From Chloroflexota bacterium (GTDB lineage Bacteria > Chloroflexota > Limnocylindria > Limnocylindrales > CSP1-4), in NCBI GenBank assembly GCA_919901745.1, contig CAKKPP010000012.1, positions 23,457-87,456 on the forward strand: a DNA stretch of 64,000 nt. Direction: 5' to 3'. The notes beneath the pieces were generated by a model. That model did not search any database. It saw only the letters and a program-made list of their open reading frames with translations, and was not told where the DNA came from. Positions 1-9,775 of this stretch are shown here, piece after piece; the stretch's first letter is position 1; every line of letters starts with the position of its first letter. A program made the position numbers and the translations under genes.

Positions 1-36
1 GTTCGTCGGGGACTGGACGGACTGGGAGATCACACC

Positions 37-1158
37 GTGACCGTCGAACGCCCGCCGCTCGTGGTTCTTCTGGGAGGGCCATCCGCCGAGCATGACGTGT
101 CGATCGTGTCCGGAACCGCCATCGCCGATGCCCTGGCCGACGCCGGTCGGGCAGTCCGGTCTGTCCTGATCGACCTCGAGGGAGGGTGGTGGTGGCTGCC
201 CCCGGGCCATCGCCGGGACGGACGGCCCCAGTCCGCCTATGACGACCCCGCCACCCTTGGGGCCGTCGGGCCGCTGTCCGTGGGGGATGCCGTGGATCGC
301 CTGGCTGCCGCGGATCCGGCGCCGGTCGTATTCATCGCGTTGCACGGGCCCTTCGGCGAGGACGGCACCGTGCAGGCGTTGCTCCAGGCGGCAGAGGTGG
401 CCTACACCGGCTCGGGGATCGCCGCGTCGGCGCTCGGCATGGACAAGGCGCTGACGAAGCGGCTGTGGCGCGGCCTCGGGCTGCCGGTGGTCGACTGGCG
501 CGAGATCCGGGCGGACCGCTGGCGGCGCGACCCCGACGGCGTGCTCGGCGAACTCGAGGCCTTCGCCGCGGGGACCGGCGACCCACGTTTGATGATCAAG
601 CCGGCACGCCTCGGATCCTCGGTGGGCATGACCCTGGCCCATGGCCCCGACGAACGAGGTGCCGGCCTCGACCTGGCCTTCCGGCACGACTCCCTCGCGC
701 TCGCCGAGCGGTACCTCGTGGGGGCCCGCGACCTCGAGGTGGCGATCATCGGGAACGACCCGGCGACGATCGAGCAGTACGGACCGGGCGAGATCGTCGC
801 CGGGCACGAGTTCTACGACTACGAAGCCAAGTACACGCCCGGGCTTTCCGAGACGGCGACCCGGGCGGAGGTGCCTGCCGCGATGCGGGTGGGGATGCGC
901 AAGCTGGCCCGCGACGCCTACCGCTCCGTCGGCGCCGAGGGCTTCGCCCGAATCGATTTCCTGCTGGCCGGCGACTCGATCTACCTGTCCGAGATCAACA
1001 CGATCCCGGGGTTCACGCCGATCAGCCTGTTCCCGGCGTTGATGGCCGAGGGCGGTCATGACTTCGCCGCGGTGTGCGAGCGGATCGTCTCCCTGGCGCT
1101 GGAGCGCCAGGCCGAGCGACGCAGCGGACCACTCCTCCCGGCGGACCTGCCGCGATGA
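37..1158 (+). CDS. ddl: D-alanine--D-alanine ligase
   Basis: 373-aa ORF with GTG start. N-terminus PLVVLLGGPSAEHDVSIVSG and the ATP-grasp body match Ddl. The frame is open to the window edge, so the true start could lie upstream of position 1. It sits at the head of ftsQ-ftsA-ftsZ as in dcw clusters. Confidence 0.88.
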   Translation: MTVERPPLVVLLGGPSAEHDVSIVSGTAIADALADAGRAVRSVLIDLEGGWWWLPPGHRRDGRPQSAYDDPATLGAVGPLSVGDAVDRLAAADPAPVVFIALHGPFGEDGTVQALLQAAEVAYTGSGIAASALGMDKALTKRLWRGLGLPVVDWREIRADRWRRDPDGVLGELEAFAAGTGDPRLMIKPARLGSSVGMTLAHGPDERGAGLDLAFRHDSLALAERYLVGARDLEVAIIGNDPATIEQYGPGEIVAGHEFYDYEAKYTPGLSETATRAEVPAAMRVGMRKLARDAYRSVGAEGFARIDFLLAGDSIYLSEINTIPGFTPISLFPALMAEGGHDFAAVCERIVSLALERQAERRSGPLLPADLPR

Positions 1159-1174
1159 CCGTGGAACGAGGCCG

Positions 1175-2011
1175 GTGAGCGGGCAGCTGCCCCACGTTCG
1201 TGGCCGCCATGCCCGTCGCGATCGGCCGATCCGACGTGCCTCGGCGGGCCTCTCCCCGGCTCGTGCCGGCGCTCTCCTGGGGATGCTCCTGACCGGCGCG
1301 GCAATCTACGGCGTTGGCGTATCGACGGCCTTTCGGTTCGAACGCGTGGAGATCGACCAACTCGTGTACACCGCGCCTGCCGCCGTGCGTGCCGCCCTTG
1401 CCGTGGCGCCGGGTGAGAACCTGTTCCAGGTCCAGACCGGGCCGCTCGCGGAACAGATCCGGACCCTGCCGACGGTCCTGGACGCACGCGTCGAGGTGAG
1501 CCTCCCCGACACGCTCGTGGTCCGCGTCGTGGAGCGCGTGCCGATCCTCATCTGGCGAGTCGGCGAGGTGGGGTACCTAGTCGATGCGTCCGGCGCGCTC
1601 TTCGTGACCCTCGATCCAGGGGCACCGCCGCCGGTCGGCGTCTCGGCCGAGATTCTCGACGAGCGTTCGTCATCGGCCGGGACGCTCCGACCGGGGTCGC
1701 GCCTGGATCCCGTGGACTTCGATGCGGCGACCCGCCTCGCCACCGTGGTGCCCGCCGATGTCGGGAGCGTCGCCGACGGGCTCCACGTGGCGATGACGGA
1801 CGCAAACGGGTTCGTGGTCTTCACCGAACCGACGAGCTGGACGGCTATCTTCGGCTTCTACACGCCGAGCCTGCGCACGCCGGAGATCGTTCCGGGCCAG
1901 GTGCGCCTCCTGCGCAGCCTCCTTGCCGACCGCGAGGCCACGGTCGGACGGATCATCCTGGCCAGCGCCGAGGTCGGGACGTATCTGCCGCGCGAGACGA
2001 TCGAGCCGTGA
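1175..2011 (+). CDS. ftsQ: cell division protein FtsQ/DivIB (POTRA domain)
   Basis: The ORF is open from 1058 and overlaps ddl by 101 nt. The in-frame GTG at 1175 is the first start beyond the ddl stop. There is a single TM helix (LLGMLLTGAAIYGVGV) followed by a POTRA-like region (FERVEIDQLVYTAPAAVRAALAV...VRVVERVPILIW). Its position between ddl and ftsA fits FtsQ. Confidence 0.7.
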   Translation: MSGQLPHVRGRHARRDRPIRRASAGLSPARAGALLGMLLTGAAIYGVGVSTAFRFERVEIDQLVYTAPAAVRAALAVAPGENLFQVQTGPLAEQIRTLPTVLDARVEVSLPDTLVVRVVERVPILIWRVGEVGYLVDASGALFVTLDPGAPPPVGVSAEILDERSSSAGTLRPGSRLDPVDFDAATRLATVVPADVGSVADGLHVAMTDANGFVVFTEPTSWTAIFGFYTPSLRTPEIVPGQVRLLRSLLADREATVGRIILASAEVGTYLPRETIEP

Positions 2012-2089
2012 GGCACGACGGCATCCGCGCTGATCCGCCGGCGACCCGAAGCGATCCCGCGTGGCGCGCACCTCGCCGGTCGAGTAGCC

Positions 2090-2449
2090 TTGCGGGAAAC
2101 CGCACTGGAGAGAGGGCCACGTTCGGTGCTCCTGCCCCTGGCCGGGCTCCTCGTCGGCGTCCTGGCGGGGCTCGTCCTCAACGTCAATGTCAGCTTCGAG
2201 CTGAGCCGCTATTCGGCCGTGGCGATTCTCGCCGCGCTGGATTCGGTGCTGGGGGCCGTCCGAGCGGAACTGGACGGGGTCTACGACAATCGGATCTTCC
2301 TGAGCGGCTTCGTGACCAACGCGATCGTTGCCGTGCTCCTGACGTTCATCGGCGATCGTTTGGGGCTGGACCTGTACCTCGTGGCGCTCATCAACTTCGG
2401 ATTCCGGATCTTCAATAACGTGGCGCTGATCCGGCGCCACTTCATCTAG
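2090..2449 (+). CDS. small basic membrane protein, Sbp/DUF1290 family
   Basis: 119-aa protein with 3-4 TM helices and a C-terminal IRRHFI. It resembles the B. subtilis Sbp that lies between divIB and ftsA (SRYSAVAILAALDSVLGAVRAEL...FLSGFVTNAIVAVLLTF...FRIFNNVALIRRH), and it occupies the same locus position. Confidence 0.6.
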   Translation: MRETALERGPRSVLLPLAGLLVGVLAGLVLNVNVSFELSRYSAVAILAALDSVLGAVRAELDGVYDNRIFLSGFVTNAIVAVLLTFIGDRLGLDLYLVALINFGFRIFNNVALIRRHFI

Positions 2450-2490
2450 GCTTCGGCCTGCTGGATACGGACGGGAGACGGACTGACATC

Positions 2491-3723
2491 GTGGAGAGAG
2501 AAGCGGTGCTCGTCGGGGTCGACGTCGGAACGACCAAGGTCTGTGCGCTCATCGGCGAGGTCAGCCGCGACGGGCGGTTGACGGTCATGGGCCACGGGAC
2601 CGTCCCGTCCTCCGGGTTGAAGAAGGGCGTCGTCGTCAACATCGACCAGACCATCCGATCCATCGCCGACGCCGTCGAGCGGGCCGAGCGGCTGTCCGGC
2701 TGGAAGATCGACCGTGCCTTCGTCGGCGTCGGCGGGCAGCACGTCGAGAGCCAGAACTCCAAGGGCCAGGTGGCCGTCACCGCCCATCACCGCGAGGTGA
2801 GTCGCGAGGACATCAACCGAGCCGTCGAAGTCGCCCGGGCGGTCTCGATCCCGTCCAATCGTGACGTGCTCCACGTCGAACGGCGCGGCTTCATCGTCGA
2901 CGGCCAGGAGGGTGTCAAGGATCCGCTGGGGATGAGCGCACTGCGACTCGAGGTCGAAACGCACATCGTGACGGCGTCCGCGACGGCGATCCAGAACCTC
3001 TCGAAGTGCGTGGCCGCGGCCGGCGTCAAGATCGATGAGCTCGTGGCCTCGTCCCTGGCTTCGGCTGAGGCCGTCGTCAACGAAACCGAGAAGGACCTCG
3101 GCGTGGCCGTGGCCGACATCGGAGCCGGGACGATCGACCTCGCGATGTTCAACGAGGGATCGCCGTTCTTCACCGGAGTCATCCCCGTCGGCGGCAACAA
3201 CGTCACCAACGACCTCGCCATCGGGCTGAAGACCAGCCTGGGCGTCGCCGAGGAACTCAAGATTCGGCACGGCACATGCGACCTCAAGGCGGTCGGCGAC
3301 GATGAGGAGATCTCGGTGTCCGTGCTCGGCGAGGAAGCCGGACGGACGGTGAGCCGGATGGAGGTTGCCCAGATCATCGAGGCGCGAATGCGCGAAACGT
3401 TCGAGCTGCTCGCGGACCAGTTGCGCAGTGCCGGAGCGGGGATGCTCCCGGCCGGGGTCATCCTGACGGGCGGCGGATCGCAGCTGGCCGGAGCCGCGGA
3501 GCTTGGCCGGGAGGTCCTCGAGATGCCGGTTCGAGTGGCCGGCCCGAGCAGCGTCGGGGGTCTCGTCGAGACGCTTCTCAACCCGTCCTACTCGACCGCG
3601 ATCGGCCTCCTCCAGTGGGGCGCCCAGAGCCTGAACAGCGGCGACACCCCGCGCTACGAGTCAGCGCCGGCCATGGGCGGCCTGGGCCGCATCCGGGACG
3701 CCCTGCGGAACATCTTCCCGTAG
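2491..3723 (+). CDS. ftsA: cell division protein FtsA
   Basis: GTG start with GGGAGA 13 nt upstream. Actin-like ATPase body: VGVDVGTTKVCALIGE ... ILTGGGSQLAG. It sits immediately upstream of ftsZ. Confidence 0.9.
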   Translation: MEREAVLVGVDVGTTKVCALIGEVSRDGRLTVMGHGTVPSSGLKKGVVVNIDQTIRSIADAVERAERLSGWKIDRAFVGVGGQHVESQNSKGQVAVTAHHREVSREDINRAVEVARAVSIPSNRDVLHVERRGFIVDGQEGVKDPLGMSALRLEVETHIVTASATAIQNLSKCVAAAGVKIDELVASSLASAEAVVNETEKDLGVAVADIGAGTIDLAMFNEGSPFFTGVIPVGGNNVTNDLAIGLKTSLGVAEELKIRHGTCDLKAVGDDEEISVSVLGEEAGRTVSRMEVAQIIEARMRETFELLADQLRSAGAGMLPAGVILTGGGSQLAGAAELGREVLEMPVRVAGPSSVGGLVETLLNPSYSTAIGLLQWGAQSLNSGDTPRYESAPAMGGLGRIRDALRNIFP

Positions 3724-3947
3724 CGGAACCGTGGTGTCCCCGGAGCGGAACGGTGGTGCGCCGACGCACCGCGAGCTTGCACCCGAATCAACGCGGCCGG
3801 CCACTTCGGCGCGCTCCTATGGGAACCCGGTGGTAGACTCGCCGAAACCTTGGCGCCCCTGACGTACGCTGCCCGGGAGGGCACCCCGGGGCCTGAGGTT
3901 CTGACGACCGGACAAACCGGCCCGCGAGGGCCTGCGGAGGAGCATCG

Positions 3948-5162
3948 ATGGGCCTGCGATCCGATTCCGAGAACTTCGCGCTGATCCGGGTCATCGGTGT
4001 CGGTGGGGGCGGGAGCAACGCCGTCAACCGGATGATTCGGGCCGAGATGATGGGCGTGGAGTTCATCGCCTGCAACACCGACGCCCAGGCGCTGCTGCAG
4101 TCGGATGCGCCGCACAAGATCAGGATCGGGGACAAGGTCACGCGCGGCCTGGGTGCAGGCGGCGACGCGGCGATCGGCGCACGCGCGGCCGAAGAAGATT
4201 CCGACAAGGTCGCCGCGGCCCTCGAGGGCTCGGACATGGTGTTCATCACCGCCGGCCTCGGCGGTGGGACCGGATCCGGCGCGGCACCCATCGTCGCGGA
4301 ACTGGCGAAGGAGGCCGGCGCCCTGACGATCGGCGTCGTGACCAAGCCGTTCGGGTTCGAGGGTGCCAAGCGCCGGCTGGTCGCCGAGAAGGCCGCCGAG
4401 GAACTCAGGTCGAAGGTCGACACCCTCATCACGATCCCCAACGACCGGCTCAAGGACGTCGTCCAGAAGAATACCTCGATCCTCGACGCCTTTCGCGTCG
4501 TGGACGATGTCCTCCGCCAGGGCGTCCAGGGGATCAGCGACATCATCACGATGCCGGGCCTGATCAATCTCGACTTTGCCGACGTGCGCGCGATCATGCG
4601 CGACGCCGGTTCGGCGCTCATGGGCATCGGGCGCGCGAGCGGCGAGAATCGGGCGCTCGAGGCCGCCCGCCAGGCCATTGCCAGCCCGCTGCTCGAGGTC
4701 AACATCTCCGGCGCGCAGGGCATCCTGTTCAATGTGAGCGGCTCATCCACCCTGAGCCTGTACGAGGTCACCGAGGCCGCGGAGGAAATTCGCGGCGCGG
4801 CGGATCCGGAGGCGAACATCATCTTCGGCACGAGCTTCAACGAGCGGCTCGGCGACGAGGTCATGATCACGGTGATCGCCACGGGCTTCGACGGCACGCG
4901 CCGGCGCGAGACATCACGAACCTCGGCCACGGTCAGCGATGGTGCCGCGTCGCGCACGCCGCGCGATTACCTGGCCGAGATGGAGCGCGAGCGCACCCAG
5001 CTGTCGGACGCGGGCGTGCCCGGGGCGCCGGGCAAGCGCGACGATGCGGCGGCCGCGGTCGGCTCACCGGTGATGCGCTCGGTCGGGGAACCGGTGCCGG
5101 TCAAGCGCGCCGCGTACGACGCCGACGACCTGGAGATTCCGAGCTTCCTCCGCAGGAAGTAG
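3948..5162 (+). CDS. ftsZ: cell division GTPase FtsZ
   Basis: ATG preceded by GGAGGAG. Tubulin signature GGGTGSG is present, with [17 protein letters not shown] and a C-terminal [12 protein letters not shown] tail. Confidence 0.95.
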   Translation: MGLRSDSENFALIRVIGVGGGGSNAVNRMIRAEMMGVEFIACNTDAQALLQSDAPHKIRIGDKVTRGLGAGGDAAIGARAAEEDSDKVAAALEGSDMVFITAGLGGGTGSGAAPIVAELAKEAGALTIGVVTKPFGFEGAKRRLVAEKAAEELRSKVDTLITIPNDRLKDVVQKNTSILDAFRVVDDVLRQGVQGISDIITMPGLINLDFADVRAIMRDAGSALMGIGRASGENRALEAARQAIASPLLEVNISGAQGILFNVSGSSTLSLYEVTEAAEEIRGAADPEANIIFGTSFNERLGDEVMITVIATGFDGTRRRETSRTSATVSDGAASRTPRDYLAEMERERTQLSDAGVPGAPGKRDDAAAAVGSPVMRSVGEPVPVKRAAYDADDLEIPSFLRRK

Positions 5163-5187
5163 TCACGCGGGCGGGTCCCGTGGCCCG

Positions 5188-5913
5188 ATGAACGCGGGTG
5201 CCGGCCGGCCCGAACACGAGGCGGTCGAGGCGCTCGCGGCGCGCCATCGCGCCGTCCTTGCCAGCATCGCCGGAGCGTGCGCGCGCGCCGGCCGCGATCC
5301 GCTCGACGTACAGCTCCTGGCCGTATCCAAGACCGTCGCGCCGGAGCGGCTGCGCGACGCCGTCGCCGTCGGCCTCGATCGGCTGGCCGAGAACCGGGTG
5401 CAGGACGGGGTCGCCAAAGCCCCCCTCGTCCCCGGTGCTACCTGGGAGCTGGTCGGGCCGCTCCAGTCGAACAAGGCGCGTCGCGCGATCGAGACGTTCG
5501 TCCGGATCCAGACCGTCGATTCGGCCGACCTCGCGCGTCGCCTGGATCGCATCGCGGGTGAGGTCCGGCCGAGAGTCCCGTTCCCGGTCCTGGTCCAGGT
5601 CAACGTCGACGCGGATCCGGCAAAGGCCGGGTTCGCTCCGGCCGCCCTGGAACGGGAGCTTGGCGACCTGTTGACCCTCGAGAACATCCGGATCGGCGGA
5701 CTGATGACCGTGGGACACCTGACGAACGATCCCGAGGCCGCCCGACCCACCTTCGTCGCCCTCCGCGACCTGTCCCGGCGCGTGCGCGCGATCCATCCCG
5801 AGCTTGGGCCCGAGCTGTCGATGGGGATGTCCGATGACTTCGCCGTGGCAGTCGAGGAGGGGGCCACGATCGTTCGGGTTGGTCGCGCCCTGTTCGGCGC
5901 GCGGCCCGGCTGA
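5188..5913 (+). CDS. yggS: YggS/PLPBP pyridoxal-phosphate homeostasis protein (alanine-racemase N-terminal fold)
   Basis: 241-aa protein with LAVSKTV (PLP-binding Lys) and a TIM-barrel fold. It lies downstream of ftsZ, as ylmE does in Gram-positives. Confidence 0.85.
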   Translation: MNAGAGRPEHEAVEALAARHRAVLASIAGACARAGRDPLDVQLLAVSKTVAPERLRDAVAVGLDRLAENRVQDGVAKAPLVPGATWELVGPLQSNKARRAIETFVRIQTVDSADLARRLDRIAGEVRPRVPFPVLVQVNVDADPAKAGFAPAALERELGDLLTLENIRIGGLMTVGHLTNDPEAARPTFVALRDLSRRVRAIHPELGPELSMGMSDDFAVAVEEGATIVRVGRALFGARPG

Positions 5914-6004
5914 GAAGGTGACGCCCAGGGCGGGGAGGTGTGCCGCGATGCCGCCCGCCCTGTCGACGCCGTCCGCCCGGTGCGGGCGCTGCTAGACTCA
6001 ACTC

Positions 6005-6253
6005 ATGGGTGTCGCGTTCATCGCCAACTTCTTCCGCTTCTTCGTATTGGCCCTGTGGCTGCTCATCCTGGGTCGGGTCATCATGTCGTGGATCGACCCT
6101 CAGGGGCGGACTCGGGCGGGGGCGTTCCTCATGCAGATCACGGAGCCGATCCTGGCGCCCGTCCGCCGGCTCATGCCGCAGACCGGGATGATCGATTTCA
6201 GCCCGCTCGTGGTGATGCTCATTCTGGGGGTCTTCGTCCGGGCGCTCACCTAG
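6005..6253 (+). CDS. yggT: YggT/Ycf19 family membrane protein
   Basis: 82-aa protein with two TM helices and the conserved VIMSWIDP motif. Confidence 0.8.
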   Translation: MGVAFIANFFRFFVLALWLLILGRVIMSWIDPQGRTRAGAFLMQITEPILAPVRRLMPQTGMIDFSPLVVMLILGVFVRALT

Positions 6254-6263
6254 CGACCGCCAG

Positions 6264-6560
6264 ATGGCGGGTGGCAAGGATCCCGACACGGTGCGCATCG
6301 CCGTCCTGCTGACGCCGCGCGGCGGTGCCGATCGGATCGACGGCGTCGTCGAGGGCAGGCTGCGAGTTCGCGTTGCGGCCGCACCCGTGGACGGCGCGGC
6401 CAACGAGGCCCTCCTCCGGGTCATCGCGGCCGAACTCGGTGTGCCGCGGACCTCGCTGCGCCTCGTGTCGGGTGGAACGGGCCGCAGGAAGGTCATCGAG
6501 GTGTTCGCGACCGGCATCCGGGCCGCGGTGGCTGCGCGCCGGCCGGACCTGCTCCGCTGA
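6264..6560 (+). CDS. DUF167 (YggU/UPF0235) protein
   Basis: 98-aa protein with VRVAAAPVDGAANEALLRVIAAELGVPRTSLRLVSGGTGRRKVIEV, typical of DUF167, which is commonly linked to yggS/yggT. Confidence 0.7.
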   Translation: MAGGKDPDTVRIAVLLTPRGGADRIDGVVEGRLRVRVAAAPVDGAANEALLRVIAAELGVPRTSLRLVSGGTGRRKVIEVFATGIRAAVAARRPDLLR

Positions 6561-6588
6561 TCCGATCCCGCGGTATCATGCCGCTCCC

Positions 6589-6665
6589 GGGCGATTAGCT
6601 CAGCCGGTCAGAGCGCACGGTTCACATCCGTGAGGTCACTGGTTCGAACCCAGTATCGCCCACCA
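6589..6665 (+). tRNA. tRNA-Val (anticodon CAC)
   Basis: Manual cloverleaf fold of GGGCGAT-TA-GCTC/GAGC D-arm, anticodon stem CACGG/CCGTG with loop TTCACAT, T-arm ACTGG-TTCGAAC-CCAGT, discriminator A and encoded CCA. Confidence 0.9.
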
Positions 6666-6965
6666 CCGTCCCAGTCCCCGTAACCGAACGCCATGGTCGG
6701 GCGTCTTCTGTTCACTCGCGCGCTCGGCGCGATGAACGAGAAGGATGGTGTCTCCGATGATCGGCTGGTGGAAGACGGTCTCCAGCCTGTTCGAGCGGCT
6801 TCGCGAGGACCGGGACATCGCTCGCCGGCTTCAGACGTACGTTGGACCGCGATCTCCGCACGACCGACTCGGCTCCCTGCGCCTGGCCGGAACCCGGGGG
6901 CCGAGCCTTCGCCGGTGGTGAGCTGAGCCCGCTCGCGATGAACGCTCCGGGTCGGTGACGGGGTC

Positions 6966-9713
6966 TCAGCTCGAAGCGGCCAGTTTCCGCAGGACCGCCG
7001 GCAGGATCCCGCCCTGGCGCAGGTAGTCGACGTCGATCGGGCCGTCGAGGCGGGCGATCGTCTCGAACGTGCGCTCGGCGCCGTCCTCAGCGCGGGCATC
7101 GACGGGCACCCGCGCCCGGGGACCGAGGCCGGCGAGGCCGCGGATCGCGAACGTCTCGCGGCCGGTGAGCCCGAGTGACGCCGCCGATTCGCCGGGCAGG
7201 TACTGGAGCGGCAGGATCCCCATTCCGACGAGGTTGGCGCGATGGATCCGCTCGTAGCTCTCGGCGATCACCGCGCGAACTCCCAGGAGCGACGGCCCCT
7301 TGGCCGCCCAGTCCCTCGAGGACCCGGAGCCGTAGTCCCGGCCGGCCAGCACGATCAGCGGGACGCCCTCGGCTCGATAGCGCTCCGAGGCGTCGAAGAT
7401 GAACATCTCCTCGCCGTCGGGCAGGTGAATCGTGAACGGCCCCTCCCGCCCACCGGCCAGGGCATTGCGCAGGCGAATGTTCGCGAAGGTCCCGCGCACC
7501 ATCACCTCGTGATGCCCCCGTCGTGCGCCGTAGGAGTTGAACTCCAGGGGGCCGACGCCACGTGCCAGAAGCCACCGTCCGGCCGGGGACGACGGGGCGA
7601 TCGACCCGGCCGGCGAGATGTGGTCCGTGGTCACCGAATCGCCCAGGACGCACAGCGCCCGGGCCTCCACGATGTCGACGAGTGGGCGAGGATCGGCGGA
7701 GAGGCCGTCAACGAACGTCGGCTTCGCGATGTACGACGAAACGGCGTCCCAGGCGTACCGATCGCCCGCGGGGATCGGCAGGGCACGCCAGCGATCGTCG
7801 CCTTCGAAGACATCGGCGTAGGTGCGGCGGAAGAGCTCGGGATCGATCGATGCGTTGATCACGGCCCGGATCTCGTCGGGCGCCGGCCAGATCTCGGCCA
7901 GATGGACGGGCCGCCCGGTGCTGTCGAAGCCGAGCGGCTCGGTCGACAGGTCGATGTCGATGCGGCCGGCCAGGGCAAACGCGACCACGAGCGGGGGCGA
8001 GGCGAGATAGCTGGCTCGCGCGAGGGGATGGATCCGACCCTCGAAGTTGCGGTTCCCCGAGAGCACGGCCGCAACCACCAGGTCCTGGTCTTCGATCGCC
8101 TGCGCAATCGCATCGTCCAGCGGGCCCGAGTTGCCGATGCACGTCGTGCAGCCGTAGCCGGCAAGCGCGAATCCCAGCGTCTCGAGCGGATCCATCAGGC
8201 CGGCCGCTTCGAGGTAGCCGGTCACCGCCTTCGACCCCGGGGCCAGCGACGTCTTGACCGTGGGACCGACCCGGAGCCCACGGGCAACGGCGTTGCGGGC
8301 CAGCAACCCGGCGCCGACCATCACCGTCGGGTTGGAGGTGTTGGTGCACGACGTGATCGCCGCGATGGCCACCGAACCGTGCCGGACGACGGCCGGTCCT
8401 GACGCCGTCTCGATCGTCACGCCGCCGTTCTCCGACGAGCCGTTCACGCCGCCTTCGGAGGTCAGGCGAGCGGCCGCCGCGTCGGGGCGGACCTGCGGAT
8501 ACGCGGCCACGAAGTTCGCCGGCAGGTCCGGCAGAATCACGCGGTCCTGCGGCCGCCGTGGACCGGCCACCGAGGGCGCGACCGACGCCAGGTCCAGGTC
8601 GAGCACCTGGTCGAATTCGGGAGCGTGTCCGGGCGTCCGCCACAGGCCCTGGGCCTTCGCATACCGTTCGACGAGACCGACCCGCGCAGCCGATCGTCCC
8701 GTCAGGTGGAGGTAGGCGAGCGTTTCCTCGTCGATGGGGAACAGCGTCGCCGTCGCCCCGAACTCGGGACTCATGTTGCTGATCGTGGCCCGATCGGCGA
8801 GTGACAGGCCGGCCAGGCCGTCCCCGGCGAACTCGACAAAGGCGCCGACCACTCCGGTCGCGCGAAGCAGTTCCGTGACGACGAGCACGAGGTCCGTTGC
8901 CGTCGATCCCTGCGGCAGCTCTCCGTGGAGGCGCACGCCGACCACCCGCGGGAGCGGCTGGTAGAGCGGCTGGCCCAGGAGCACCGCCTCCGCTTCGATG
9001 CCGCCGACGCCGTACCCCAGCACACCGAGGCCGTTGATCATCGTCGTGTGTGAATCGGTCCCGACGAGCGTGTCGGGGAAGGCAATCCGCCCGTCGCCAT
9101 CGGGATCGTCGCGGTCCGTCACGACGGTCGCCAGGAATTCGAGGTTCACCTGGTGGACGATTCCGGTGCCCGGCGGCACCACTCGGAGGTCGCGGAATGC
9201 GGTCTGGGCCCAGCGCAGGAGCTGGTAGCGCTCTCCGTTGCGCTCGTACTCGCGCTCGACATTGAAGGCGAAGGCGCCGGGCGTCCCGAACCGGTCCACC
9301 TGGACGGAGTGGTCGATGACGAGGTCGGCCGGAACGAGCGGGTTGACAAGGCTGGGATCGCCGCCCAGGTCGGCCATCGCGTCGCGCATCAGCGCGAGGT
9401 CGACGATCGCCGGGACCCCGGTGAAGTCCTGGAGGATGACGCGGGAGGGCAAGAACGGGATCTCTCGATCGGGGGCTGCAGCGGCCGCGCCCGGGTGCCA
9501 GCCCGCGAGCGTCTCGACGTCAGCCTCGGTGACGGCACCCCGACCCGCATTTCGCAGGAGGTTCTCGAGCAGGATCTTGACGGTGACCGGGGTCCGATCG
9601 AGATCGATCCGGTCGGCCAGGGCTGCGATCCTGAAGTGGTCGGGCAGCCCAGCCCCGAGGCTGGCTCGGGCGCCGAAGGGATCCACTCGGGGCACGCGTC
9701 CGTCCTTCCTCAT
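6966..9713 (-). CDS. acnA: aconitate hydratase A
   Basis: 915-aa protein with KILLENLLRNAGRG near the N-terminus. Aconitase Fe-S cluster-ligating Cys are present (CTNTSNP, CTTCIGNSGP), and the C-terminus reads GGILPAVLRKLA. Confidence 0.95.
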   Translation of the reverse strand: MRKDGRVPRVDPFGARASLGAGLPDHFRIAALADRIDLDRTPVTVKILLENLLRNAGRGAVTEADVETLAGWHPGAAAAAPDREIPFLPSRVILQDFTGVPAIVDLALMRDAMADLGGDPSLVNPLVPADLVIDHSVQVDRFGTPGAFAFNVEREYERNGERYQLLRWAQTAFRDLRVVPPGTGIVHQVNLEFLATVVTDRDDPDGDGRIAFPDTLVGTDSHTTMINGLGVLGYGVGGIEAEAVLLGQPLYQPLPRVVGVRLHGELPQGSTATDLVLVVTELLRATGVVGAFVEFAGDGLAGLSLADRATISNMSPEFGATATLFPIDEETLAYLHLTGRSAARVGLVERYAKAQGLWRTPGHAPEFDQVLDLDLASVAPSVAGPRRPQDRVILPDLPANFVAAYPQVRPDAAAARLTSEGGVNGSSENGGVTIETASGPAVVRHGSVAIAAITSCTNTSNPTVMVGAGLLARNAVARGLRVGPTVKTSLAPGSKAVTGYLEAAGLMDPLETLGFALAGYGCTTCIGNSGPLDDAIAQAIEDQDLVVAAVLSGNRNFEGRIHPLARASYLASPPLVVAFALAGRIDIDLSTEPLGFDSTGRPVHLAEIWPAPDEIRAVINASIDPELFRRTYADVFEGDDRWRALPIPAGDRYAWDAVSSYIAKPTFVDGLSADPRPLVDIVEARALCVLGDSVTTDHISPAGSIAPSSPAGRWLLARGVGPLEFNSYGARRGHHEVMVRGTFANIRLRNALAGGREGPFTIHLPDGEEMFIFDASERYRAEGVPLIVLAGRDYGSGSSRDWAAKGPSLLGVRAVIAESYERIHRANLVGMGILPLQYLPGESAASLGLTGRETFAIRGLAGLGPRARVPVDARAEDGAERTFETIARLDGPIDVDYLRQGGILPAVLRKLAASS

Positions 9714-9775
9714 CGTCGGTACACTCGTCGCATGGAAGCGTACTGCGAGCCGCCGCCTCGCGCGGCCGGCACGTC

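Noticed and set aside
332-1061. Multiple overlapping ORFs on both strands inside ddl (332-586 -, 402-749 -, 465-1061 +, 641-1042 +)
   Set aside because: These are Arg/Pro/Ala-rich translations typical of off-frame reading of 70% GC DNA, with no domain signatures. The ddl frame carries the clear homology.
7087-8643. Long antisense and off-frame ORFs within acnA (e.g. 7242-8402 +, 7708-8643 -)
   Set aside because: These are GC-skew artefacts. Only the 915-aa minus-strand frame has aconitase motifs.
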